Below are positions 1-9,160 of a stretch of DNA of 43,986 nucleotides, piece after piece. The stretch's first letter is position 1. Each line of letters begins with the position of its first letter. This DNA comes from Candidatus Shapirobacteria bacterium (GTDB taxonomy: Bacteria; Patescibacteriota; Microgenomatia; UBA12405). A program made the position numbers and the translations under genes. The notes beneath the pieces were generated by a model that made no database searches, was not told the DNA's origin, and worked only from the letters and a program-made list of their open reading frames with translations. The stretch spans positions 1-43,986 of the forward strand of contig QKGR01000019.1 of assembly GCA_003250375.1 (NCBI GenBank), in the 5' to 3' direction.

Positions 1-53
1 AAGATCTTTGGACATCGTATCATACAAGAATTTGGTGCAATGATAATTGTAGG

Positions 54-590
54 ATGTATTTGAGGCCGGGAATTGAAGAGCAACTATTGTTTCAAGATTT
101 ACACAACAGAAAAGTTGAGAAACTAGATATTGTTTTGTTGGACGTTAATAATGAATTAACAGATGAACAGATAACTAATTTGGATCAAGAATTAATATTA
201 CGGTATAAAGATAGCAAAGAAAAACGCGATGGTCGTTTTTCGGGGATGATTATGGGAGTTGGTAATAGTATGGCAATTTTCGTAAGAAGGTATAATCCGG
301 AAGAAAGTGAACATATGTTTGAAGATTATCCTGTTCCGGAAGATGAAATGATTTCAACATGGTCGACTCCACAAATGACACTACGTCATGAAGTTGCCCA
401 TTATAATCAATGGGAGTTCAATTATAATTTAGAAGAAGTTGTTGGTATGGATAATTATGGTGATTTGCTGAATGCTGCAGAACGGCAAGAAGGCGACGAT
501 TCGTCGGGTTATTGGGTGGTGATGGAGATGAAAGAGGGGGTAGTGGTGGCTAAAGAGGATTTTATGAAAGATATTCAAGAGATGATATAG
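54..590 (+). CDS. hypothetical protein with an HExxH-type motif (TLRHEVAHY)
   Basis: 178-aa ORF. A GATAAT -10-like hexamer (42-47) lies 6 nt upstream of the ATG. The only recognisable feature is HEVAH, a possible zinc-metallopeptidase motif. No family recognised. Confidence 0.45.
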   Translation: MYLRPGIEEQLLFQDLHNRKVEKLDIVLLDVNNELTDEQITNLDQELILRYKDSKEKRDGRFSGMIMGVGNSMAIFVRRYNPEESEHMFEDYPVPEDEMISTWSTPQMTLRHEVAHYNQWEFNYNLEEVVGMDNYGDLLNAAERQEGDDSSGYWVVMEMKEGVVVAKEDFMKDIQEMI

Positions 591-638
591 ATGTTTGTGT
601 AGGATTTTTTTTGCGGGTGATAAGTACTAGAGGAGAAA

Positions 639-854
639 TTAGACTTGCCTGACAGAGATGACGTCGCCGCTGTTACCAAGGATTACTGGATTTTGACAAA
701 TATTACATCTTTTGCCTTTAACACCAGTTTCTATTGCCTTATTGCGTGCAGTAAACTCATTTTCTTGAACAACTTTGACAGTGATTGTTGAGGGATCAAT
801 TTTGTGATGAAGGTTGTTTGAACAGACAAGATTAAATGAAAATTCGTAAGGCAT
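639..854 (-). CDS. hypothetical small protein (71 aa)
   Basis: ORF only. It is divergent from the manC-like gene and has no recognisable motif. Confidence 0.3.
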   Translation of the reverse strand: MPYEFSFNLVCSNNLHHKIDPSTITVKVVQENEFTARNKAIETGVKGKRCNICQNPVILGNSGDVISVRQV

Positions 855-956
855 GGGTATATTTTACTATACTTTTGATTATTCGTAAATAATTTGGTAA
901 TTCGATTATTTGCTGATAAAATGATGATTATTGGTTTGAATAGAGGAGTTTGAAGT

Positions 957-2051
957 ATGAAGTTTGTAATTATGGCCGGAGGTTTTGGAAGCAAGTTGTG
1001 GCCTTTGAGTCGTGAGAAAGCACCGAAACAATTTATTAGTGTCATTGGAGAAAAATCACTTTTTCAGTTGACGATCGATTCAATTCTGACTAAATATTCG
1101 ATTGATGATATTTTTGTGTCGACAACGGAGGATGTGGAACACTATGTGTTGGAACAGGCTCCAAACTTACGAAAAGAAAATATAACTGTTGAACCAATGA
1201 TGAGGGATACAGGTCCTGCTTCATGCTTGGCGATGGCCAAAGTGGCGGAAAGATATCCGGATGAAGTGGTTTATTTTTATGTTCAGTGCGTGTGTGTTCG
1301 AAGCCCAGCTGAGAAATATATGGAAATGGTGGCTGAGATGGAAAATTTAGTTAAAAAATACGATAAGTTGGTAACTGGGACTTTGATCCCAAAATATTTG
1401 GAAACAGGAAGTGACTTGTTTAAGATGGGTAATTTGATCGAGTCGGAGTCGGGACTTAAAGTACACAATGTAGAAGAGTTTATAAACGTAGTAAATGAGA
1501 GGATGACAATTGAACAAGTGACTGAAATTGCAAAGAATAATGTGGTAGGAACTCATGCGAACCATTATACTTGGACGCCTAAATCGTTTTTCGAAGCCGT
1601 GAGTAGAATTCGACCCGATTGGATGGAAGTAGTTGAAGAATTGCGTGGAATTTTTGGTAAGGAAGATGAGAGGGAAAGAATGAGGGAAGTTTATTCTAAG
1701 TTTAATCCTGCTCGCATAGAAGTGTTTACGACTGAGTTGATTAAAGAAGGAAAAGTTATGGCGATCGAGTTGCCATTTGAATGGGCTCATGTGACTACTT
1801 GGGATGATGTGTATCGATATAGAGAAAATCATGGAATTAGTCTGATGGAAGGCGATGTTTTTCAGGTTGAAGGAGAAGGAAACTTAGTGATTTCAACTGA
1901 TAAAAAGAAATTTGTGTCGCTGATAGATATGAAGGATGTGGTGGTGGTTGATACTGGTGATTGTCTTTTGATTTCTCCAAGGGAATCGTCTAGTAAGGTG
2001 AAGGTTGTGCTCGATCAGTTAAAGCAGGAGGGAAGAGAAGAACTGTTGTGA
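957..2051 (+). CDS. manC: mannose-1-phosphate guanylyltransferase-like sugar nucleotidyltransferase
   Basis: N-terminus MKFVIMAGGFGSKLWPLSREKAPKQF matches the GGxGxRLWPLSR signature of ManC/CpsB-type nucleotidyltransferases. SD GAGGAG lies upstream. 364 aa. Confidence 0.7.
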   Translation: MKFVIMAGGFGSKLWPLSREKAPKQFISVIGEKSLFQLTIDSILTKYSIDDIFVSTTEDVEHYVLEQAPNLRKENITVEPMMRDTGPASCLAMAKVAERYPDEVVYFYVQCVCVRSPAEKYMEMVAEMENLVKKYDKLVTGTLIPKYLETGSDLFKMGNLIESESGLKVHNVEEFINVVNERMTIEQVTEIAKNNVVGTHANHYTWTPKSFFEAVSRIRPDWMEVVEELRGIFGKEDERERMREVYSKFNPARIEVFTTELIKEGKVMAIELPFEWAHVTTWDDVYRYRENHGISLMEGDVFQVEGEGNLVISTDKKKFVSLIDMKDVVVVDTGDCLLISPRESSSKVKVVLDQLKQEGREELL

Positions 2052-2069
2052 TATTTGTTACAATAATTT

Positions 2070-2543
2070 GTGGTTTTCCGATGTCGTAAGAGAAATAGAT
2101 TTCCTGGATGTGGATACAGTGGAGGTTGGTATTTTGTAACCATAAATTCAAAATTTCATGGCGATGTTTTTGGTGTTGTAATTAATGGTAATTTTATTGA
2201 AAATGATTTTGGATTAATAGTTCGTAGGCAATGGTATTGGATGGTTGATCATTTTGGAATTTGGGGTGATGAGTTCGTGGTGATGCCAGATCATGTCCAT
2301 GGAATTGTATTTATTCCAAAGTTAGGGGCAGGTCTAGACCTGCCCGTACAAAAAAGAAATAATTTATCGAAAGTAATCGGTGCATTCAAAACAACGTCGT
2401 CAAAATTGATTCATGAAAAAGGTGAATTTGGATTTGTTTGGCAAAGATCGTTTTTTGATGAAATTATTAAAACGAAAAATCAATATAGGAATGTAAAAAG
2501 ATATGTTCGGTGCAATCCTAGGAACTGGAGGGGAAGTGAATAA
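2070..2543 (+). CDS. REP-associated tyrosine transposase (RayT) / IS200-like HUH Y1 transposase family protein
   Basis: The N-terminus (FPGCGYSGGWYFVTI), the HUH motif (MPDHVHGIVFI) and the C-terminal WQRSFFDEIIK...YVRCNPRNW all fit the RayT/transposase_17-like layout. GTG start in the ORF track. Confidence 0.7.
   Translation: MVFRCRKRNRFPGCGYSGGWYFVTINSKFHGDVFGVVINGNFIENDFGLIVRRQWYWMVDHFGIWGDEFVVMPDHVHGIVFIPKLGAGLDLPVQKRNNLSKVIGAFKTTSSKLIHEKGEFGFVWQRSFFDEIIKTKNQYRNVKRYVRCNPRNWRGSE
2326..2345. repeat. perfect 20-bp palindrome GGGCAGGTCTAGACCTGCCC embedded in the RayT-like CDS
   Basis: Read directly from the sequence. GGGCAGGTCT is the reverse complement of AGACCTGCCC. It encodes the GAGLDLP segment between the HUH motif and the C-terminal helix. 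Confidence 0.9.
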
Positions 2544-2607
2544 GATATTGTAAACTAAATTTGAAAGAAATAATTGATCGGGAATTGCTTTTGAGTAGAC
2601 TGGGAGA

Positions 2608-4215
2608 ATGAAATATATTTTTGTAATTGGTGGAGTGGTGTCTGGTTTGGGAAAGGGGATTGTAGCCTCGTCGGTGGGGTTACTGTTGAAGTCGTCAGGG
2701 TTTAAAGTCAATATGATTAAGATTGACCCGTACTTAAATGTGGATGCGGGAACAATGCGACCACAAGAACATGGGGAAACTTTTGTAACTGAAGATGGAG
2801 GAGAAATCGACCAGGATTTGGGAAATTACGAAAGATTTTTGAATCAAAATTTTTCCAAGGATAACAATATTACTTCGGGGAAAATTTACAAAACGATTAT
2901 TGAGAACGAAAGGGCGTTTAAGTACGAGGGGAGGGATGTGGAGATGATTCCCGACGTGCCAAATGAAGTAAAAAGAAGATTTTATGAAATGGAGAAGGAT
3001 TATGATTTTGTGGTGGTGGAGATTGGTGGTAGTACTGGGGACATTGAGAATTTACCTTTTTTGTATGCGGCCAGAGAAGTAGGTAGAGAGAGGGAGGCTA
3101 TGTACATTTTGGTGTCCTACGTGCCGTTTTTGAAAAATGTAGGAGAACTAAAAACAAAACCAACTCAGCATGCAATCCGGGGATTGCGGTCGACGGGAAT
3201 AAATCCCGATGTACTGATTACCCGAAGTGAAATTGGAATGGATGAACCAAGGTTGGAAACTTTGGCAAAACGATGTTTTTTGGATGAGGATGCAATTTTT
3301 GATGATGCCGATTGCTCTTCGATTTATGAGGTACCAGTGGTTTTGGAAAAACAAGGCTTGGCAAAAAAGATCTTTAAGAATTTTAAAATTAAGGGACATA
3401 GTCCCGATTTGAGGGAGTGGAAAAAATCTATAAGAAAGGGCGGGGAAAAAAAGGCGCATAATAATGCGCCTGTACAGATTGCTCTTGTGGGAAAATATGT
3501 GAATTTTGGGAAGGGGAAGCATGCGGATGTTTATGTGTCGGTGATGGAGGCATTGAGGCATGGGGCCATGGCCAATGATGTAAATTTGAAAATTGAAATG
3601 GTGGATTCGTCGGAATTAAATTTGGAAAAATTAAAAAAATTCGATGGAATCGTGGCGCCACAGGGTTGGGGAAGTAGGGGAACGGAGGGGATAATAAAAG
3701 CAATTAGAATAGCGCGAGAGAATAAAATTCCCTATTTGGGGTTATGTTTTGGGATGCAAATGGCGGTGATTGAATTTGGAAGAAATGTGCTGGGGCTTGA
3801 GGGAGCAAATTCGGAGGAAGTGGATCCAAAGGCAAAACATAAGGTGGTACATATTATGCCCGAGCAAAAAGAATATTTGGAAAAACACCAATATGGGGGC
3901 ACAATTCGACTAGGGGCTTGGCCATGTAAGATTGGGAAAGGGACAAAATTAAGTCAAATTTATGGAAAAGATTTGGTACAAGAAAGGCATAGGCATAGAT
4001 ATGAATTCAACAATGAGTTTAAAGAAAGGTACGAGCAAGCGGGGATGGTGTTTTCGGGGACTAGTCCGGATGGGAAATTAGTAGAGGCAATTGAATTGGT
4101 CGATCACCCATTTTTTGTGGCAACTCAATTTCATCCGGAGTACAAGTCCAGACCTTTGAGTCCACATCCAATATTTGTGGAGTTTGTGAGGAAATCTAAA
4201 AATAAGGTGGTATAA
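2608..4215 (+). CDS. pyrG: CTP synthase
   Basis: MKYIFVIGGVVSGLGKGI N-terminus, a GATase domain with GLCFGMQ, and HRHRYEFN. 535 aa, full length. Confidence 0.97.
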   Translation: MKYIFVIGGVVSGLGKGIVASSVGLLLKSSGFKVNMIKIDPYLNVDAGTMRPQEHGETFVTEDGGEIDQDLGNYERFLNQNFSKDNNITSGKIYKTIIENERAFKYEGRDVEMIPDVPNEVKRRFYEMEKDYDFVVVEIGGSTGDIENLPFLYAAREVGREREAMYILVSYVPFLKNVGELKTKPTQHAIRGLRSTGINPDVLITRSEIGMDEPRLETLAKRCFLDEDAIFDDADCSSIYEVPVVLEKQGLAKKIFKNFKIKGHSPDLREWKKSIRKGGEKKAHNNAPVQIALVGKYVNFGKGKHADVYVSVMEALRHGAMANDVNLKIEMVDSSELNLEKLKKFDGIVAPQGWGSRGTEGIIKAIRIARENKIPYLGLCFGMQMAVIEFGRNVLGLEGANSEEVDPKAKHKVVHIMPEQKEYLEKHQYGGTIRLGAWPCKIGKGTKLSQIYGKDLVQERHRHRYEFNNEFKERYEQAGMVFSGTSPDGKLVEAIELVDHPFFVATQFHPEYKSRPLSPHPIFVEFVRKSKNKVV

Positions 4216-4221
4216 TACGAT

Positions 4222-4869
4222 ATGTCTGAAAGAGATGAGTATGGTAAACATCAGTGGATGTATGAGTTGGCTGATAATATTCCGACTCAACTCGAAGCGG
4301 CGTTAGTTGGCGACTGCAGGAAAATACCGTTTTTTATTAGAGAGGCTAAGGTTCCCGAATTTGAGAAGAGGTCTAAAAAAATTCGTGATGGAAGGTTGCT
4401 TGGTGGTGAAAAGTGCATGTTAGCAATTCCTGTTGTTTTGCCTAATCTTTTAATTGATGGTCCAAACGGTAGGAAGGATTCTGTTGGGGTAGCGAGAATG
4501 TTTTTGGTTGCCGATTCGAAGCTTGATGCTGTTGGTAGTTATCGTATTAATTGTGCAGGATCAGCTGCGGAAAGTATAATCGAGGACTCTCGTTTGAAAT
4601 TAATTCTTGTCGATGATCTCTATGATAGACAAGAAGTTGCTTTAAACGTTGATGATTGTGTAGGTTTGTTGGAAGAAATTCGGAAAGTAATGCCTGTAAT
4701 ATCTAGATTAAATTCAGAAGGAAAAGCCGGTTTTGCAAATGATTTGTTGGAGAGTCTCTATCTGACTGCAATAAATAATCTGGTAATTGGTGGGGCGCAT
4801 TTTCTTTTAACATCAGGTTTTGATGCAAAAGAGACTGCAGAGTATTGTAATAACATGATTACGAGGTAA
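4222..4869 (+). CDS. hypothetical protein
   Basis: 215-aa ORF starting 6 nt after the pyrG stop. No recognisable family. Confidence 0.5.
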   Translation: MSERDEYGKHQWMYELADNIPTQLEAALVGDCRKIPFFIREAKVPEFEKRSKKIRDGRLLGGEKCMLAIPVVLPNLLIDGPNGRKDSVGVARMFLVADSKLDAVGSYRINCAGSAAESIIEDSRLKLILVDDLYDRQEVALNVDDCVGLLEEIRKVMPVISRLNSEGKAGFANDLLESLYLTAINNLVIGGAHFLLTSGFDAKETAEYCNNMITR

Positions 4870-5671
4870 TGATTTTGTAGATTTCGGAGACGAGGGTGGC
4901 GGGGTCGATGGTTTTGAAGTGGTAGTTGGGCATGAGGCGATGGAGGTGCTTGAAAGCATAGGGGAGCTCGGTGCAGCCGACAATAAATGTTTTGTGGCCA
5001 AGTAGTTGGAGGGATTGGCCTAGCTGAAGAATTCTTTGGTCGAAAATTTTGGGGTTGAGTAATTCGTCGATGGAAATGCCAGAGGTGGAAGTGTCGTCGC
5101 CACCGATGGCTTTGACATGCCAAATTATTTGTTGGACTAATTTGGCCAAATCGTCGTGTTTTGATTTGATTAGAGTATTAAATTTTTGGCGAGTTAGGTA
5201 TTGGGTAAGAGGGTAGGTGCCAAGGAAGAGTGGCATGTCTTTTGAAGAAAAAATTATTTTGATGGCGGAGGTGTTGGTGAGGAGGAAGTTTTCGTCGGGG
5301 TGGCGAGTACGAGAATTGAGTGTGTCGATGTTGCGACTGTTGACGAGTGTGAGTTTAATTTTTCGCCATTGGAGAATTCTTTGGAGATATTGGGCATAGT
5401 GGCTATAGGCGGCGGTGTTGCAGGCGACGGCGAAGTTTCGATAGCCTCGGAGGCTGTATTTTTGAATGTTATTGGCAATATCCTGGCCGACGCCGTGGTT
5501 GTCGCGGTTGATATTTATATCGTTGGGAGTAGAGAGAATACGGGGACGGACTTTGGCAAAAACAAGAATACTGTCAGGGTATTTCTTTTTAAATTCATCG
5601 AAATAAATTTGACCTGAAAGTTTGTCGGGAGCGATGACGACTACGGTAGTAAGATTTGGTTGCGAAGGCAT
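4859..5671 (-). CDS. Asp/Glu racemase family protein (aspartate racemase-like)
   Basis: The two catalytic-cysteine motifs VACNTA and VGCTELP are present at the spacing typical of aspartate/glutamate racemases. Confidence 0.75.
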   Translation of the reverse strand: MPSQPNLTTVVVIAPDKLSGQIYFDEFKKKYPDSILVFAKVRPRILSTPNDININRDNHGVGQDIANNIQKYSLRGYRNFAVACNTAAYSHYAQYLQRILQWRKIKLTLVNSRNIDTLNSRTRHPDENFLLTNTSAIKIIFSSKDMPLFLGTYPLTQYLTRQKFNTLIKSKHDDLAKLVQQIIWHVKAIGGDDTSTSGISIDELLNPKIFDQRILQLGQSLQLLGHKTFIVGCTELPYAFKHLHRLMPNYHFKTIDPATLVSEIYKIITS

Positions 5672-5737
5672 TGAGTGATTAATTTTAGGTAATTTTGAGT
5701 CGTGTTACAATTGCTTAAGTTATAAATATAACAAAGT

Positions 5738-6292
5738 ATGCCAACAGCAAAGGAATGTCAGAGGCGTGACAGGGCTGAGAAACAAAGGCTTTTAGAAGTT
5801 GGGAAATTAGGAGCTTTTAAAGACATATTGCGTCGTGAAGTGGCTATGAGGATGACGGCTTGGGGAGATGCGGATATAGGTGTTTTAAATGGGTTAATTT
5901 TTGATCAAATACAAGGTCGACGAGGATTTTCGACTCATCCTGTGCTAATCTCTGGTGGTAGAACATATGCTTATCAGGGTAAAGAGCTGATGCAGAAATC
6001 TAATTTGAATGGTAAGATTGCGTTTGACTACGAAAATAAAATATTGTCTGTTGGAGTAAATTGGTTTGGAGAAGATAGTAGGGCTAGTGAATATACGCAT
6101 GCGAATAATGGAGATGCTTTATCCTATCTTATAGGTGAAAGAAAGTACGGATCGTTTAATGGTTATTATGTTGAGTTGAGTGATCTTGGTATATTGAGCG
6201 CCAGACAAAGAATAACCTTTTTAAGGCTGACAAGAGAAGGATTGAATATGGCTTGTGGGTGGAGAAAAGATAAGAGAGTAAATTTGGAATAA
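5738..6292 (+). CDS. hypothetical protein
   Basis: 184-aa ORF. The upstream sequence TTACAA-16 nt-TATAAC ends 5 nt before the ATG, which suggests a leaderless start. No family recognised. Confidence 0.5.
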   Translation: MPTAKECQRRDRAEKQRLLEVGKLGAFKDILRREVAMRMTAWGDADIGVLNGLIFDQIQGRRGFSTHPVLISGGRTYAYQGKELMQKSNLNGKIAFDYENKILSVGVNWFGEDSRASEYTHANNGDALSYLIGERKYGSFNGYYVELSDLGILSARQRITFLRLTREGLNMACGWRKDKRVNLE

Positions 6293-6320
6293 AAAATCCC
6301 CCGGGGAACCGGGGGATTTT
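6293..6320. terminator. bidirectional intrinsic terminator hairpin between ORF 5738-6292 (+) and rplL (-)
   Basis: AAAATCCCCCGG-ggaa-CCGGGGGATTTT. The perfect 12-bp stem is flanked by A and T runs, so it can function on both strands. Confidence 0.6.
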
Positions 6321-6383
6321 AATATAAATCCTCTTGTTCAAACAAAGTTTGAACTTTCCCCTTTCACAAGGGGATATTAGAAC

Positions 6384-6788
6384 TTATTTTAATTCAACGG
6401 TAGCACCAGCCTCAGTAAGTTTGGCTTTGGCATCGTTGGCGGCATCTTTCTTCATGTTGCCGAGGTTGGCAGGACAGGCATCGACCATGTCTTTGGCTTC
6501 TTTCAAACCTAATTCAGGTTTGAATTCGCGGACGACTTTGATGACGGCGATTTTGTTGGTACCAGCATTGGTAATAACAACGTCGAATTCAGTCTTTTCT
6601 TCAGCAGCAGGAGCAGCTTCACCAGCAGCGGCGGTAGCGCCAGCAGCAGCAACAGGAGCGGCAGCCATAGCTTGGACTCCAAATTTGTCTTCGAGAGCTT
6701 TAACGAGCTCGGAGAGTTCGAGAACTGATAATTCGGCTACAGAATCAATTATTTTCTGTAATTTTTCGGAAACTTTTACTTCTTCCAT
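6384..6788 (-). CDS. rplL: 50S ribosomal protein L7/L12
   Basis: [15 protein letters not shown], an Ala-rich hinge, and [11 protein letters not shown]...[10 protein letters not shown]. Confidence 0.96.
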   Translation of the reverse strand: MEEVKVSEKLQKIIDSVAELSVLELSELVKALEDKFGVQAMAAAPVAAAGATAAAGEAAPAAEEKTEFDVVITNAGTNKIAVIKVVREFKPELGLKEAKDMVDACPANLGNMKKDAANDAKAKLTEAGATVELK

Positions 6789-6824
6789 GTTTTTTAATTT
6801 TTTAAATTTATAATTTTTAATTAA

Positions 6825-7346
6825 TTATTGTTGAGAAGCTTTTTGAGCTTCAATAGCTTTAAGAACTAAAGCCAATTTGGTTTGATTGAATTTAAGAGAG
6901 AACACCAATCTTTGAAGAGGATTGGCCAAACCACCGACGAATCTGGAAATAAGAACAGATTTTGAAGGTAGGTTGAGGAAGGTCTTAAGTTCATCAACAG
7001 AGAGAAGTTTGTTCTCGTAAATACCATATTTGAAAAAGGTAACTTCTTTGTCTTTGTTGACTTTATCGATTTCCTTAAGAGGAGCAATTTCGTCCTCGTT
7101 GGAGTAGGCGATAGAGGTCGGACCAGTAAGAACTTCGGGCAACTGAATACCCATTTTCTTGAGTGCACGGGCAATAATGGTGTTTTTGACAACTTCCATT
7201 TTTCCACCTTGGCTTCTGATTGAATCGCGAAGAGAAGCGGTGTTTGCGGCATCTAATCCTTGGTATTGGACTAGGGCGGCAGATTTGGCCTGGCTTAGCT
7301 TGGTGACAACTTCGTCAACTTGTTGAATTTTTGCTTGATTTGCCAT
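6825..7346 (-). CDS. rplJ: 50S ribosomal protein L10
   Basis: The translation is typical of L10, and the gene sits immediately upstream of rplL. Confidence 0.95.
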   Translation of the reverse strand: MANQAKIQQVDEVVTKLSQAKSAALVQYQGLDAANTASLRDSIRSQGGKMEVVKNTIIARALKKMGIQLPEVLTGPTSIAYSNEDEIAPLKEIDKVNKDKEVTFFKYGIYENKLLSVDELKTFLNLPSKSVLISRFVGGLANPLQRLVFSLKFNQTKLALVLKAIEAQKASQQ

Positions 7347-7491
7347 GAATATTAATTTTTAATTTATAATTTCAAATTTTTAAACGAAAACGGCCTCGTT
7401 ACCGAGGCGCGAGATAAATCAGTTTGATATTCCTCGGTGAGATGCTTCGTCTCTGCTGTTTAGCAGATCACTCACTGTCTTCGGTAGGACA
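7347..7491 (-). promoter_or_regulatory. rplJ 5' leader, candidate L10-leader-type autoregulatory RNA with an attenuator hairpin
   Basis: About 145-nt untranslated leader between the predicted promoter and the rplJ ATG. On the minus strand it contains GGCCTCG-gtaa-CGAGGCC followed by GTTTTCGTTT (plus coordinates about 7392-7409). The family assignment is an inference. Confidence 0.4.
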
Positions 7492-7497
7492 GGTTGT

Positions 7498-7525
7498 ATT
7501 ATAGCTTAAATTTGGCGATGGTCAA
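7498..7525 (-). promoter_or_regulatory. sigma70-type promoter for rplJ-rplL
   Basis: On the minus strand: TTGACC (7525-7520), 16-nt spacer, TATAAT (7503-7498). The -35 overlaps the stop codon of the upstream small ORF. Confidence 0.55.
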
Positions 7526-7701
7526 GATCGAGAATTTCTGGGAGTAAAAACTGAAACTAGATGTTTGACTGCTTCTTTAAGAGCGAGCTGAGTGGCTATT
7601 GGGCTTCCGTCGGGAGAAGTAGCTCCTATTGCTTCGATTTTTTGAAGTTGTTCAGAAAAGGATAAGGTAGGGGATTCTTTTTGCTCGGGTTTTGTAGTCA
7701 T
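7522..7701 (-). CDS. hypothetical small protein (59 aa), probably leaderless
   Basis: The start was moved to the internal ATG at 7701 (MTTKPEQKE...). A consensus promoter ends 6 nt upstream of it and lies inside the longer track ORF. Confidence 0.4.
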   Translation of the reverse strand: MTTKPEQKESPTLSFSEQLQKIEAIGATSPDGSPIATQLALKEAVKHLVSVFTPRNSRS

Positions 7702-7707
7702 GTGGTA

Positions 7708-7736
7708 ATTATAACATAAAAATACCATAATGTCAA
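7708..7736 (-). promoter_or_regulatory. consensus sigma70-type promoter
   Basis: On the minus strand: TTGACA (7736-7731), 17-nt spacer, TATAAT (7713-7708). The ATG at 7701 follows after 6 nt. Confidence 0.55.
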
Positions 7737-7880
7737 GTTATAGGATATGTGTGGAAGTTGAACTTTGGGGTGGACATTAGGTGGATTTGAGCCTAAAATC
7801 AAAAGGTTAGAAATTGTGATTTGCAAAATCAGGATAAAATTTATCCTGGCTTTGTAGGGCACAGATTAAAGGAGGCTAGT

Positions 7881-8060
7881 ATGCAAAACAAGGCTGAGGC
7901 GTTGAAGGTAGTTAATGGAATACAATCGAGTTTGGGCGATAAAAAGTTAATGATGGGTGTAGTGGGGAAGGAGTGGGGTGTGGTAAAAACTCTTAATTCT
8001 GAACAATTGGCGACAATGCTTAGGAGTCGACTCGGACGAGGAGAAATTAGGCGGAGATAG
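7881..8060 (+). CDS. hypothetical small protein (59 aa)
   Basis: The internal ATG at 7881 is preceded by AGGAGG 6 nt upstream. The TTG start at 7821 in the ORF track is less likely. Confidence 0.4.
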   Translation: MQNKAEALKVVNGIQSSLGDKKLMMGVVGKEWGVVKTLNSEQLATMLRSRLGRGEIRRR

Positions 8061-8080
8061 TTTTTGGGGATAGAATAGAA

Positions 8081-9160
8081 TTGATGATGAAAAGAATTGT
8101 GGCAGGAATAATGCTTCTGGTGGCATCGGGGCTGGGAGTGTGGTGGGTGTATGGAAATTTGACCTGGGTGGATTCGGGGGTAAGAAGGAAGAAAGAAGTG
8201 CAGGAAATGCCGCTGAGTAAATATAATTATGATGAGCTGAGGGAAAGAGGTGGAATTGCAGGCGAGTTTGAACTGGGAGGGAAAATTCAGGCGGTAATCG
8301 ATAGGCGGGATAATTGCGTGGGAGCAAATTGCCTGCCCGAGGCCGATTATAGTTTTGAAACTAAGCAATTTAAGTTTAAAACTGATGGCCGGTGGATGTC
8401 GGGGATGATAAATATGCCAAATTCGGTGCTAGAGTGTGCGATGAATCTAAAAAATGATTGTAGTGCCAAGAAAGTACCGGCAATAGTAATGGTACGGGGG
8501 TTTGCGGAGACGGCAGGGTATTATTCGGGGTCGGGGAGTTGGCGGATTGCCGATAGGTTGGCGTCGAAGGGCTACGCCACAGTGTCGTTGGATTTTTTGG
8601 GCTTTGCCGATTCGGATATGCCTTCGGAAGATATTTTGGAAGCGAGGTTTGAGAAGGTGCCGGAGCTAATGGATTTGTTGGCGACAGTGAAAAGTTTGAA
8701 TTTTGTGGATAGTAGCAAGATTGGGATTTGGGCGCATAGCAATGGAGGTCAAATTACTTTGTCGGCGCTGGAGACAATGGGAGGGTATTATCCGACAGTG
8801 TTGTGGGCGCCAATGACCAATCCTTTTCCCCAGAGCGTGCTGGAGACGATTGACGACGATGAGGCGGGTAGGATAGTGCGGGCAAAAATTGAAGAGTTTG
8901 GCCAGAGCTACGATTTTCGGCAGTATGCTTTTGAAAATTATTATAATTGGATTGATTCGCCAGTGCTAATTCATCAGGGGACGGCGGATGAGTGGTGCGA
9001 GCTTAGTTGGCAGCAGGAAGTGGTGAGTAAACTTAAAGGATTTGGGAAGACAGCCGAGCTGGATGTGCTAATTGGGGACGATCATAATTTGTCTAAAAAT
9101 TGGTTGGAGGTGGTGCAGAAGGATGTGGAATTTTACAATCAGAGGCTAGGAAATTTCTAA
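8081..9160 (+). CDS. alpha/beta hydrolase (S9 peptidase / dienelactone-hydrolase-like) with an N-terminal membrane anchor
   Basis: Hydrophobic N-terminus (IVAGIMLLVASGLGVWWV). Nucleophile elbow GIWAHSNGG. A C-terminal D...H region (GTADEW, GDDHN). Confidence 0.7.
   Translation: MMMKRIVAGIMLLVASGLGVWWVYGNLTWVDSGVRRKKEVQEMPLSKYNYDELRERGGIAGEFELGGKIQAVIDRRDNCVGANCLPEADYSFETKQFKFKTDGRWMSGMINMPNSVLECAMNLKNDCSAKKVPAIVMVRGFAETAGYYSGSGSWRIADRLASKGYATVSLDFLGFADSDMPSEDILEARFEKVPELMDLLATVKSLNFVDSSKIGIWAHSNGGQITLSALETMGGYYPTVLWAPMTNPFPQSVLETIDDDEAGRIVRAKIEEFGQSYDFRQYAFENYYNWIDSPVLIHQGTADEWCELSWQQEVVSKLKGFGKTAELDVLIGDDHNLSKNWLEVVQKDVEFYNQRLGNF

Noticed and set aside
6334-6813. 159-aa plus-strand ORF opposite rplL. 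Similar long shadow ORFs occur at 29321-29884, 37083-37514, 7841-8368, 14357-14734, 19450-19902, 25691-26143 and 26300-26650.
   Set aside because: - Each lies antisense to a confidently identified gene.
- Each has low-complexity or repetitive composition.
- None has start signals.
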